Assembly: GCA_002189035.1 (NCBI GenBank)
Contig: NEEC01000012.1
Span: forward strand, 1,922,001-1,986,000
DNA length: 64,000 bases
Source of the DNA: Utricularia gibba
Lineage: Eukaryota > Plantae > Magnoliophyta
Direction: 5' to 3'
The notes below the pieces were generated by a model. That model had not been told where the DNA came from, did not search any database, and saw only the letters and a program-made list of their open reading frames with translations. Made by a program: the position numbers and the translations under genes. Below, piece by piece: positions 50,485 through 63,839 of the stretch. The first letter of the stretch is position 1. Every line of letters starts with the position of its first letter.

Positions 50485-52065
50485 CTACTCGAAGCATTGC
50501 TGAATCAGTTTCCATACCGGCATCTTAAGGTCAAATGTTAGCCTCTGAAGCACGAGTGCCAATACATTGACGTCTGATAGCGCGCGATGCGCTGAGCCAA
50601 TCAAAGGAATGTTGTAGTACTCCCTCAAGGCTTGTAGTGTATGCTTGGTAGGAGCTTGATCCCCTGAAATTCAGAAAAAAAGGCAACAGAAAATCTTTCA
50701 TCAGTGCAGCAAATGAGAGATCAATTCACAAGCAGCTTTTGAGCCTAGATGCTGCTCAAGAGGAACCCGGCTGCCTACGCAAGTGGAGCAATAGAAGTGG
50801 GGAACAGACCTAAGGACTTGGACAAGGAACGAGCAAGCTGGCAAGTGTCAACAAATAGGCAGTAAGGAGGTAACTCATAAGAGCAGCGGCTGAACTCCTT
50901 CTTCAGAAAGGGGACATCAAATGTGCGTCCGTTGTGAGATACAAGAATCACATTACCACCAGGGATTCGCCGGCTCTCAAGATACTCCAGCAGGATGGGA
51001 ATGAAATCTTTCATCCTACAGTCAATCATGAATGAGACTTTGTTATGCTTCAATGATTAAGCTGGATTCCCTTTACTACAATAAGGGCTTTTGTAATATA
51101 AGGCAATAACCATGCTGCGTTTCTAGAACAGAAAAACACCCAAATGGCTTGAATGTTACAGAGACTGTAGAGGAAAGGGGAATCAACTCAATGTTTGAAT
51201 GTAAGGACATTTTCATGTGCACCAATTCCATTGCTTCTTTTTGTCCCAAAGATTTTGCACATATTCTACTACTTGACACAGGGAAACATGAGCTTCAATA
51301 AACAAACAAGGCCAAACTAAGAATGAAAAATGTCTTATTTTCAAACTCATGATGAAAGAGAAAATCCCTTCTTTTCAACTAACACAAGTGCTGCTAAACC
51401 AAGAAGCTGCCCATGCTCTAAGATGTAAAATCTATTAGTCACCTGGGCACATCAGATCTGTTCACCATGCGAGTCGAAATACCGTGAATACCCTCATTCG
51501 GCACATCACGCTCCGGATTTATGAGTGTTTGAAAAGTGCTGTATTCACCCCCTCGGAGATCTTGACAAGCAAATTCAACTATCCTATCCTTTTCTCTGCT
51601 GAACCCTGTTGTTTCAATATCAAAACAAATTACTGTACAACGCTGGGCCAGGTCAATGTAATGCTGGTCAGATTCAGGTTCCGTTCCTGTGGTTTCAACA
51701 TCATATGTAGTCAACATGGGAGCAGCACTTCGAGAAATAATCAATTTTCTACTTAATTTTCTGCTCCCTTCTGTCTTCTCGGCTCCTAGTTTAGAACTAC
51801 TTGACTTGGTTCTTGTTACAGCAATTACTTCAGGAGTAGTCCCTAAACTCCTGTTGCTTCCTCCAGACTTTGCATTTGAAGTTTTCCGGGTGTATCTCCT
51901 GATGTATCCGCCTTCAAGATCATAGTTTGAACAAAGTGTCCTAAATGAACTTCTTCCCTTAATCCTACCTAATCTATGAAGAGTACCCCAACATGAGTTT
52001 GCTAATAAATTCCATCTCCACTGAGGATACTGCACAAGAGATATGCACATGGAAATTGTCCTCAT
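50485..52065 (-). CDS. DPD1: Organellar DEDDh exonuclease DPD1-like, 335 aa
   Basis: Exons 52065-51443, 51015-50810, 50663-50485; transit-peptide-like N-terminus; ExoI FDIETTG, ExoII HNGRTFDVPFL, ExoIII HRALSD. Confidence 0.9.
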
Positions 52066-53464
52066 CTGAGCAACCACAGGTTGAGGAGATATAAATCACC
52101 TAAAAGGACAGCATACGTGAGACCCAAATTCTTGAAATGGCAAAAAGCATAACAGGAAACATGCCACACTTCTTCGATACTAAATCCATACACAAAGGCC
52201 TCATGAGACTAAGACATTTTCTGGCGTAAAATTATGGTTTCACTTACAATTTAACAGTGAATAAAAACAAATCCTCCAAGTACATGACTTCAGTAGTTAA
52301 TAAGCCAGTAAGGAAAAGAATACTGTCTAAACGAAACACTGCCAAATAGGGTCGACAAAGTCGAACAATATCTAAACTGCAGAAATTAATAAGCTTTATT
52401 CAAGACAAAGATCTGTCTCCATCCTTTTCTAGGCACAAAACGATCATTTCATGTATCACACACAAGGCATCATCATAATGAATAACTGTGGATTTCTATG
52501 CTTAAGGTTCCAAGTAAAGACGGATAAAAATTCTTGACATCGCTGATTCATGTCATAACAGGAAAAACTACACCCTAAAAAAGTCTGGCATTCCATTAAA
52601 GCCTCCCCATTCACATTAACAAAATCAACGTGAATCAATGAAGATCCGAAATGCAAACCCTAAAAAGCCTGCACATGAAAACAATCACAACCCACCAACA
52701 ATCCAATCGCACAACTTCTTCAAACCAAAAAACAAGCGCATAAACAACTAGGAGCCTGAAGTACGGAATTCAATGGGCGATGAAAACAAGTAAAAGGAAT
52801 TACCTGAACGGCAAAGCATTGACCCGAAAACTGAAAAATATACAAGAAGCACAAGCGTGGGGAGTTGGGTCGAATGAACCAGCCAAGGAATGGGCACAGT
52901 TGTGCACGTTCACGTTAGTGCCGGTAGCCCGCCCGAGTTGTGGGATCCGATCCAAGTCCGTTGTCCGAATAACCAACCACCCCTCCTCCTCCCTCTTACT
53001 CAATCCGATCTTGATTCCGTACCAGGGGACGTGCCTTTTACAATTTAGACAATTTACATGATTTCAAATGATAAATGTCTGAAAATATTTATTAATAATA
53101 TATTTTAGTTACTTATGTTTATATAAATACACGATTAAAATTGAAATTATATTTAATAGACATATTTTTAAAACGTGCATTTAAAATAAATTATATTGAT
53201 AAAATATTTAAAATAGATTAAAAAAACAAATCTCATTGAATTAAAAAAAAACTTATGTGAAAAAAAATTGAAAAATATGATTAAAAGGACCATATCAAAT
53301 ACCGTTTAAACACTTAAACAAAATGAAATATGAAATATCAAAATAAATAAATAAAACATATCACACACCGTTTAAAACTTTATGATAAAAAAAATTATTA
53401 GTGAGTTAAATATAGGTGGGTTGAAAGTGTTCTTTTCTCTTTATTTATTACTTTTGCATTAAGA

Positions 53465-54520
53465 ATTGGAGATAGTTAGCCCCACCTATGGCTGTGAATG
53501 CTAATAGGGGTAGGGTGTGGAAATAGTTTGGCTTTAAGACGGGTGGGCACACCAAATCGGGTCAACCCGACTCGACTCCGGTTTGATAATCAAACCAATA
53601 TCCAGTGGATGGAGTACCAAAGTTATGCTGATTCCTTAGGGCTTCTTTAGATTTCATTTCATGTGCAAAGAAAACTCAAAATCTTACTGTTCTGTTCATT
53701 GGCTTAGACCTGTTGGTGGTCTCCCTTCTGGGGGAGGCTTCAGGGAGCTTGCTCAAGACTAAAACTCACATTCAAAAACATATTTTTGCTTATTCACAAG
53801 CAAGGGGCATTCTGGCTCAGACAACTGGGTTATAGTTGAATCCTGACCACAATTACAACTTAACAACAGGTATCCTATAAAATTTACTGGTCACATGAAT
53901 GGCTCGCACTGGAAATCAGAGAGTGCCTCATCCATCAATTCAGCCTTCTCTTGAATTTCTCAAAGACCATGGCGTCTAGGAAAAAAATGTCCATATTTTT
54001 AGCGAAAATGTAAGCTAGAACCCCAAAAAATGGATGGAAACGAACTTATTCACGAACTATGCACAGGCTACCATCAACTGGAAAAGACCAAGCTCACCTG
54101 TTTCACATGGTTAACTATTGCAACCTGGGTAGTCCTGGGATCAAGATATTCGTTCTCAACAATCTCATTATATGACGTAACCAGAACCTACAAAGAAATA
54201 TAAACTAACTGATGTGAATCTCAGAAGAATTGATGGAACAATGCGACACAGGTCACCAAGCTTGAAACAAATTGGAAACTACATAAATATCGTAAAAATT
54301 TGCAGATGCCAAGCTAGTAGCTTAAAAATATTTGTGCAAGCCAATGAAATCACAGTCAAAAAATCACTGCATAGATTTCTCATCAATTAGCAGTTCGCCT
54401 TTTCTTTAGGGATCTGAGCTTCTCACATGTTAGCTACAAAACTGATAACAGTAAATTAAAGGGATACCATGCATCTCGCAGATAAGATCGGGCCTTTCCA
54501 TAAAAAATTAAAAAAAAAAA
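53465..54520 (-). pseudogene. Internally deleted third CPA copy: 3' flank fused to intron 3, exon 3 (54098-54187) and part of intron 2
   Basis: 53465-53772 matches about 57745-58032; 53772-54500 matches CPA intron 3, exon 3 and intron 2 (about 60148-60725 and 19480-20175). Exon 3 is open with both splice sites intact. Confidence 0.88.
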
Positions 54521-54753
54521 CTAAATCCAAATTTCAATGCCAAAAATGAAAAAACTTATAAACTAGGGATACCATAAAACAGCATAAAAATCAAATTTTT
54601 TGAATGTTAATCCGAGAAAATCGTGCACTTGAAAAAGCTATTGCAAATTTGAGTTCGGAAATGCATGGCAGTGTTTTGACAACGAAATCATAACTAAATC
54701 AACATAATGTTTCCAATAAATGTGAAACGCTCTTGAGCCAGTTGATGCACATG

Positions 54754-55301
54754 TCATTCATTTCTACCAGCTTTGATTTTTGAGTATCCAATTTCAGCAT
54801 CATCTTCTTCATCTTCATCGTCATCTTCTGTTGTTTCTCCACTATGAGATGAACTTCTGAAAAGCTTCAAATCCGTATCAGCTTCAAAATCACTGAAAAG
54901 ATCCTCTCCAATTTTCACATCACGGTGTTTAATCAAAAGCCATCGCAGCAATCTATCTTCCTTGTTCAGGTAGTACAGCTCACTGTTGAAGCTTGGTGGT
55001 GTCATCATCGTCATTTGCATCAATTGAGCCTACACAAATAATAATTCTATGTTCATCATCATGCAGAGCAGTCCAGATAATACAAAGAGCAATTGAACTC
55101 ACAGATGGCACACTAAACCTGATAGTAACGGCCATCCAACTTCTTTATGCCGTAACCCAATTGAACATTCCCAAAGGACTTCACATCAGCAAGAACTCCA
55201 TTTTTTCTAAAAACATGCTTCCCCAATCTTGTAACTAGATCCAAAATAGCCACACTTGTTACATTTGGTTTCAACAAAAGCATGCAGTCATAAATAGGCA
55301 T
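54754..55301 (-). CDS. RPS6: Mitochondrial ribosomal protein S6 family (bS6; At3g18760-like), 152 aa
   Basis: Exons 55301-55119 and 55029-54754; MPIYDCMLLLKP...SFGNVQLGYGIKKLDGRYYQ...YLNKEDRLLRWLLIKHR; acidic tail; probable 5'-UTR intron upstream. Confidence 0.9.
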
Positions 55302-55911
55302 TTTTTCCTTGATTGATTGTGCTGAAGACCTGCAGCAGGCTGATAATTAGTCTTAGTTGAATATGGATAATCATCCAAATTTCGCTAGCTCCCACTAGCA
55401 GCCAAATCCCCCATACACATGCACCCGAACCCAAAGTGGCCCATTTCAAGAATTTCAATAAAGAATAAATCTTACGGCAACGCTACGAGTTATATTCCTC
55501 GATAAACCTTACGAACTCGATCCATGTCAAAAGAAATACAAGTAGGCAAAAAATTATAAAGCGAAACATAAAACTCAATTCTCAGTTTCACAACCCAGGC
55601 ACGCAAGGGAAATCCATTGAAAAGAATAAGAAGTAAGAAAAAGAGAAAGCCATTCATATCACCTGGGTGCCGACAACTTTCCCAAAGCGGCTGAAGACGC
55701 TTTCCAGCTGCCGGTCTATCTCGTCTGCCGCTAAACCACCGATGAATATACGGTTTTCCTACTGCTCCGCCATCTCTACGCTCTAAACTCAATGACCGAA
55801 AAGGAGCATCAACCAATAGAGAATCAAAATTCAAACAAAGCTCAGAAAACTCAGAAACGCAGCAAAAATACCACGGCCGTGGATCCACAAGCTCATTGGA
55901 TCCAAGAACGC

Positions 55912-55973
55912 GGCCCATGCCGCCTACTACTCGGGCCTAGCCCGTGATCCAAGACTTTATTCTTGTTGGCCCA
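55912..55973 (-). promoter_or_regulatory. Site II (TGGGCC) elements upstream of RPS6
   Basis: GGCCCA at 55912-55917 and 55968-55973, plus CGGGCC between them; site II/TCP motifs are typical of ribosomal and mitochondrial-protein promoters. Confidence 0.55.
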
Positions 55974-56338
55974 TGACCCCATTTGTACCTCTGTTTAATA
56001 TAATTTTTTGATACTTAGAAAATATTTTTAATAAATTAAAATTCTGAAACTTATTCAAAAAATTGCATCAAAGATCCAAATTTTTTATTTAATAGCAAAA
56101 ATGGTCTCCATTATTTGATGTGATTGATCTCCATTAGTAAAATTGATTCCTAACATTTTACTTATCAAGCATAATTGATCATTAAAATTTAAGATATCCC
56201 ACATAATTAGTTCTCAAAATTTTATATCCTCGTTATTTTTAGTCCTCATTGTATGCGTACCATGCATATTTGGTCCTTGATGTTAAAAAACTAGACATGA
56301 TTGGTTCTTGATATTTTAATATTTGGCATAATTAATGA

Positions 56339-56773
56339 TGTTGTGGTTGAAAATCAATATTCGAACAAAGACCGATTTTTGGGTTATGAGTACTGTCGGG
56401 GGCATCATATCCAGTTAAAATTCTAGTGTTTTGGGGTGATGCGATATGGTCGACAGAAATGAAAAGAGACAAGGGATTTTTATGTGGAAATTGTCGAGAA
56501 ATGAAAAAACCTCAGAGCTGTCGGAACTTATCGAAAGATGGTTTCACTAAATAGAGAAGTAGAAGAAATACAAGTTAAAGAACCTGGAGTCCAACCTTTT
56601 CTTTTTCAGGATTTCTTATATTTATAGGAGAGTTTGATCTGATCGAATTTTGAATTCTGTAGGTGTCAGCTATTTTCTGTGGTTGCTATACGTACTGTGG
56701 TCTTACTTTTCGAATAATCGTTACTTGCTTTGTCATTGTCATAATTCGATCACTTTTCAAACTATCCACAACA
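56339..56773 (-). mobile_element. Probable solo LTR (435 bp), copia-like ends
   Basis: TGTTGTGG...CCACAACA perfect 8-bp terminal inverted repeat; internal CTATAAATA on the minus strand; no matching TSD (AATGA versus ATCGC). Confidence 0.65.
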
Positions 56774-58213
56774 ATCGCCATTGACAAACTCTGACAGTTA
56801 TTGGCCTGTCAGTTTGCACTAGTCCGTCAAAACACCTTTAGATTACTTTTCATAGACCGATTAAACCAATCTAATTTAGACCCCATCAAATGCCCAAATA
56901 ATATTGACATTATAAATTCCCATTATTTTTATTTTTTTATGTTGGTTCCTATTGTAAATATTCATTTTTTCATAAACCTAATTTTTTGTTTTTTTTTTTG
57001 CAAAATAGGTTGATGCACTCTTATTACCCATATTCTTATATGATACCAGTTGCTTTGAATATCCAAACTTCATAATCTTACGTTTTTTACTTTTGAGAAA
57101 AATATTAATTTAAAATTAAAATAATCATTCTATTTAAACATATTATTTCTCGTTTATAATCAATATAGAGTATCATCATTAGATCTATTGCCTTACATTA
57201 TTCTAATCTTAAACAATTAGCATTTTCGTTAAATACGACTTCATTCCACTATTGGTACGAGCCCTATTTGTCGTTCATCACTTGTCATCGCCGATGCTAA
57301 TGTGGCAATCGGCACCACGGTGTGCAATGCTCCCATCGGCAGCCACAGACAGCCAGCTGCTGTGTCGACTTGTGGCCATGCAGTTTGGATTTGATCCTGC
57401 TTGGTCAAAAGGCAAAAAATTGAATCTATTTTGTTTCAATTTATTTTAATTTATTTAAGTTTAATATTATCATACCTTTCATAATTTAATATTAAATCGA
57501 AAATCATAATTAATTTTTTTCATTATGTGCTTTGAAAAATACTTATTCTAGGGTCTTAGAAAATATTTGTGTAAATTTTATTGCGTTGTAATGTTTAAAT
57601 TATAAATTCGTTTGATGATAATTTGAGTGAAAATATGAATTTTTTACTTAATGGAAAATAATCCCTAAATAATATTAGCACTATAGATCCCCAATCTATA
57701 ATTTGAATGTTTTTTCTCCTTTATTTATTAATTTTGAATTTAGAAGTGTGAGGTAGCTAGCCCCACCTATGGCTATAGATGCGAATAAGGGTAGAAAGTG
57801 GAAATAGTCTGGTTTATAGACGATCGGGCACACCAAATCAGGTCAACCCGACCCGACTCCGGTTTGATAACCCAACCAAGCTATCGATGCTGATTCATTA
57901 GGCTCCCTTTAGATTTCATTTCATGTGCAGAGAAAACTCAAAATCTTGTGTTCTGTTCGTCAACTTAGACCTGTTGGTGGTCTCCCTTTTGGGGGAGGCT
58001 CAGGGAGCTTGCTCAAGACTAAAACTCACATTCGAATTGATATAAGAACAAAGGAAAACGATGCAAACAAAAGAAGAGATCTTTGAAGCAAATGTGAGAG
58101 CTCACCCCTAAATCAGAAAAATGGAAGAGATACACAACAGAGCAAACAGCAGATGAAATGAAAACGATGAAAGCTTGTGGTAGAAAAGTACCTTGTGTAG
58201 TAGTCATCAGAGA

Positions 58214-61129
58214 TCACTTGCTATCACTGTTATTGAGTCCCAAGTTTTTCTTCATATCTCTAGAGAGACTGAACTGCAGGGTGTTGTGCCATGGGAATAG
58301 TGTACGTGTTACAGGGAGCTTCCGCCGGAGGTCCTGCAATAGTCAAAAAAGCGAAAACCATGAAACTGCTAAGCATGCATTCTAGCGCTGTGCTTTGAAA
58401 GAAGAGGTGGCTACTTAAAACATTGAAACAAAGAATATGCTGCAGAACGATTAGGATAAAGATTTGAAGGAATTGGAGAAACTTATGGTGATAAAAATAG
58501 ACTTGTACATAGACCAAATCTACATGTTGAAGATAAATAAATCAATGGGAATACCTTGAAGGTTGTGTCAGGTAATTTGGAGTAGGAAACCTGAAAACAA
58601 AATCACTTCCAGTAAAATAGAAAGTTAATACCGAATGCATTATAATGCACAGGCAAAATGTGACACCTGAAGATAGTTTAGATATTCTGCCTCGTGGTGA
58701 CGAATTATGTTAGTCAATGAAACTGCAGAATCATCAGGTGACTGAAAAATAACTAATCATTATTGTCTGTTTAATCAGAAAGTACTCTAAGAATGTGAAA
58801 ATGTCTCCCCACCAAGATCGATTTCATGTTAGTATTTATCTATATCAAATTCTGCAGAGGATAAATAAATGTGGATTCCAATTACCTGAAGTATGGTTGA
58901 ATCCTTGCACTCTTTCTTTGCATCTAACTGGACATTGCCCTCCTCAAAATAGTGAGCCTCCACCTGGTTCAAACAAATAGCATGTCTTACTGAATCAAAC
59001 AGTATATATGAAATCATTAAACAACAGGAAAATAATTTTAACCAAATAACTGAGCACTGTACCAACACACAAGATATTTACCAGCAGCTTGCCTGTTAAT
59101 TCCACGATTTGCAAATCATTCTTGAACTCCATAACCCACTTAGACAGCCAGCAACCATTGCTGCAAAAAAAAAAAAAAAAAAGAGATGGGACGCTGAAAA
59201 TAGGTTGTACGTTGAAGTTACATGGTATCTCCAAAGGAAAAAGGAAAAAAGAATAAGCATAGAAAACATCGTGTTAGATTGTCCTCTTCAACCAGATATT
59301 TCATCTTGGAAGCAAGACCGAAAAACCCACAGATGTAAACTATTTCAACACATGCACCATACCAAAAATTTTGAGGAGTATTTTTAATGGAAGAAATCAC
59401 AACAACAAGCTCAAACTCTGAGCCTGCTTCTTCCACATCTTTTCCACGGGTACAATACACAGAACTTACTCCCTTGGGATATGCTTCAGCAACATACTTC
59501 ATGACTTCAGCATCTAAGGCCCCTCTGCCAAAAAGAACTTTAATACTAACAGAAGAAAATCAAGATAAAGCTCAGCATATCCAAACAGAACTAGGAAAAG
59601 AAACAATTCATAAATCTCCTTCACAGAAATTTTATTAAAAAAAGATTGTATTTTAACATGATCAGAAAATGAAGCAAAGGCATTCCAAATATTGAAGTAT
59701 AAAAGAAGTCCAGTTATGCCAAAGACATCCATGTGAAATGTCAAAGGGTTTATGGTTAAATTTCACTAAAATCGATAATTTCAGTCAGAAAGCCAAGATC
59801 CCGAGGAGCTTAAAAAAAATCACTCATGAGGAAAAAACGCAAAAATATCATGAAGCACAATTTCTTGGCAAAAAAAATAAAAAATAAGCATCAAAAGTAC
59901 CGATATTCTTCAACATATGAAGAAGGAAGCTCTTCGTCAGTGGCTGCTCTTGTACCTTCACATAACTGAACAGGGAAGCACCATGGTTTAATAGGAATAT
60001 AGTGTAGTGCTATCTAACACTATCAAGCGAGTGCCACTTCAGCAAGATGAAGCAACAAGCATCGTTTGTATCAAAATCCATCACTATTTTATTCAATTTC
60101 ATGATCATGTCAAGAGAAGAAAAAGTAAATGGAAGTTTTTGGGAACTCAAAAACATCTTTTTGCTCATTCACAAGCAAGGAGCATTCTAGTTCAGGCAAA
60201 TGGGTTATAGTTGAATCCTGGCCACAGTTACAGCTTAACAACACGTATCCTAGGCTGGATACAAACTGTTCACGAACTACGCACATGCTAGCATCAAAAA
60301 GGAAAAGAAAAAGCTCACCTGTTTTACATGGTTAACAATTGCAACCTGGGTAGTCCTGGGATCAAGATATTCGTTCTCAACAATCTCATTGTATGACGTA
60401 ACGAGAACCTATAAAGAAATATAAACTAAATGATGTGAATCTCACAAGAATTGATGGAACAATGCGACACAGGTCACCATGTTTGAAACAAATTCGAAAC
60501 TACATAAATATTGAAAAATTTGCAGATGCCAAGCTAGTAGCTTAAAAATATTTGTGCAAAAGCCAATGAAATCACAGTCAGAAAATCACTGCATAGATTT
60601 CTCATCAATTAGCAGTTCTCGATTTCTTTAGGGGTCTGGTCTTCTCACATGTTAGCTAGAAAATTGATAACCGTAAATTAAAAGGATACCATGCATATAG
60701 CAGATAAGATCTGGCATCTCCATACAAAATTAAAAAAAAACTGTCGAACAGCTACAACAAAGACAACATAGAAAGCGATAGAAACTAAAAGAGCAACTTT
60801 TCACACTTTTAATAAACGCGTAGTTCCAGATTACCTCACCGCTTCTATCGGGAACCTCAAGACAGATCATGTGGTCCTTATTGTACACCGGAAACGCCTC
60901 TGCCGCGGCGGCTTCAAATAGCTCCTCATCCTCAAAAGTTCCCTTACATCTGCATTTTCAGGAAAACAACTTACAAATCCATGCTTGGGGCTTGAGTAGT
61001 GCGCACAAAAGGATATTGCAAACCTTTAGCAACGTAAGAAATTTCACCGGCCGGAGAATTTAGCAGAAACCATTTTGCGAATTCGATCTTCTGCTCGCCG
61101 GTGACTTCCGGCGCTGATTCTTCCTCCAT
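58214..61129 (-). CDS. CPA: F-actin capping protein alpha subunit, copy 2; one 1-bp deletion in exon 2 (pseudogene or assembly error)
   Basis: Same 10-exon structure as copy 1 with all splice sites intact. Exon 2 (60949-60835) is 115 nt versus 116 nt: AGGGATGAG has become AGGATGAG, giving a stop within exon 2. Confidence 0.88.
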
Positions 61130-63839
61130 GATCCGACAAACAAATTCAAGGATTTGAAAAAAAAAAGTGCAAACTTTTGAATCCACAGATCAGGCTCCCA
61201 TCATCATTTGGGTTGAATTCTTCTTTTCAAAATGAATATATATCATTGATTATTAATTACGTTACATAATAGAAAGTGTATTTTTTAATTCTCATGAAAA
61301 ATGTCACAATTTCAAATTGAAGGGTCCGTCCCAAGTTATGTCAAACATTATTCCCGTGCTTGCCTTTTGGGGATATGAATTAAATGAATTCAGATTATTT
61401 AAATATAATTTATTCGTATATTTCCTACATCTACTTATCATTTAAAAATTCGTAAATATAGATTTTGAAGAGATTTGTTGGATAAAAGAAATAAAAAACT
61501 ATTTTGAAATATTTACATAAAATTAAAAATAAATTAAAAAGTACTAATTTGTTACTTTTGCAGAAATAATTCTTTCCGTGTAAATTTAAAAGTATTTTTA
61601 TTTTTGAAGTTGAAAACGTCATAATGCAAAATTGTTTTTATTTTACAAAAATAGAAATGGATCTCATGAAATTTTTCAAAAGGGTGATTTAGAAAATCTT
61701 TTGATGTGTGTTGATTTTATTAGAATAAATAATTATACATTCGAAAATTAAAATAATAGTATTAAATATATATATATATATATATTATAAATTAATAATA
61801 ATGGATTAGATTTATTTTTTTAAAAAAATATTATTCATATTTATTGTGTATTGAAATTTAAGGCATGGTCATTCAACTCATCAAACTTAATTTGAACCTA
61901 TCTTTCTTTTTGGGAAGGTGCAATGCACACTACAACTGCAAACAGATTTCACGAGCCAGTCTTTGGCGGTGTTTCTGGTCATGTTTCTGATAACCAGCTC
62001 TGGATTAGCAGCACGACAGATGAACATTCACCTCTGTTTAAGTAAAGCCAGTAGAATAAGGGCTAAGAGTAGATATGGGTAAGGATACTGGTGAATTTAA
62101 ATATTCATTGATCTGTCATAAGTCAAACACATTACCCTTAATTATACAACATTGATACGAAATGAATCTATATAATACATAGGTACGAGTAGATTCGATA
62201 TTTTTTACTAAATGAGTTGAACAACTCAATCAATTGAATCTAGAATTTATGAATTAAATTCGATTCATGATAATATATATAAATTATATAATGATTCGAG
62301 TCAACTCATGATTTAAGATGAATGTAATATATTAAATTGTATTCATTTAATCACAATTTTTTCATTAAATCGTAATTTTTTTATGTTGACTTGACGTATT
62401 CAACTCATATGTCCATTTCTACCTCCCAGCCAGCAAATGATAAGAGCTAGGCACTTCATCCTGTATTACTGAATAGAGCACCCCACTTTGCATATATTAG
62501 GGATACAAGCATCTTCCACTCATCTAAAGGGTAAAGCATGAATGGTTTACAACGAAATCGACTAGCAAGAATCACAGCAAATGCTCTTGAGTTGCCGTAA
62601 GTGGAAGAAGATAACTGCAAAATCAGTAGGAGACTTGTTTCTGGTTTAGCAATCACAGACAATATTGCAAGGAAACAAAGTGATGATTCCAAAACCAGCA
62701 CAAGGAGAGGCCCTGCGACCCAACAAGCTGAGCTAATAACTCCAGTTATTATTACATAGGAAACTACTTTCTATAAAGTCCCTTAATATTCAAAAACTTG
62801 GGAAACACCAACTTAGTTTTAATCCCCCAAACAAAACTTTGATCAATGAGATGGGAAACGAAAGATGATCTTGGCCCTCTATCCGCTCTTCAACCATGAT
62901 GAAACAGCTAAGATAACAAGAGAACCACCCCACCCCCAACAAAAATGTAAGATCATTTGCATTGTACATGTTAAAAATTGAAACTTTACATAATAGCTTG
63001 TTTTGAAAACTTAGATCGAAAAACAAGAAAAGTAAAAGAAAACATACCAGTTTTACATAAAAACTCGAGATGAGAGAATATCACGGGTAATGAAGTCGTT
63101 CATCACTACAAAAGAAAAGTTTTTAAAATTACAATACTTATAAAATAAAATAATTAAGTAAGAAAATAAATGTAAATAATATTAAATTTCTTAAAAGAAA
63201 AGTCTTATATCTTATATTGTATGATGTCGTATGAAATAAACATCATGTCTTGTTATTATATTAAATTATGATAACTCAAATTATAACAAATTGAAGACAT
63301 TAACCCAACAAAAAATGTTGAAACCATTATGTTCACACAAAAAATGGAACCATCCATGACCTTTGAATGGCTAAAAGTTGCGCCAGAGAATCCAATCATT
63401 AGTCATCAAAATTGTAGAACTGATGAGATGGGTGTTGATAGGAATTGCCTGAACTCCAACTCTCTACTTACATCAACATGATGATGAACATTGATAAGTG
63501 TATCTGCTTCCATTCTGAGATTTGAAGCGCACAGCATTACAACAAAAAAGTCAAGGATCCATACGAGTTCAATCAAAATAAAAAATTTGGAGCTATGAAT
63601 CGATCTAAAGTTTTAACTTCAAAGAACAATCCAATCCATCACAAAATCTAATTTAAAAAAAAAACAATCTTTACTTTCTTTGATGGGGAAGAAGGATGAA
63701 TTTTGTGGCAAGACTGATCATGGTGACTGGTGAGTGCTCTCTCTACAATATTATTTATTAGGAAGAAAAATATATCCATATTGTACAAATTAGCAATGAG
63801 GTGTCGTCTATGCAAATTTATCCCTTTCAGGGTTTAAGC

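Noticed and set aside
55490-55918. 142-aa minus-strand ORF upstream of RPS6
   Set aside because: Spans the probable promoter, 5' UTR and UTR intron of RPS6; no protein features.
57250-57420. GC-rich patch with an imperfect hairpin (GCCACA...TGTGGC) as a miRNA precursor
   Set aside because: The stem is short and bulged and is embedded in MITE-like AT-rich arms; likely the core of a non-autonomous TE.
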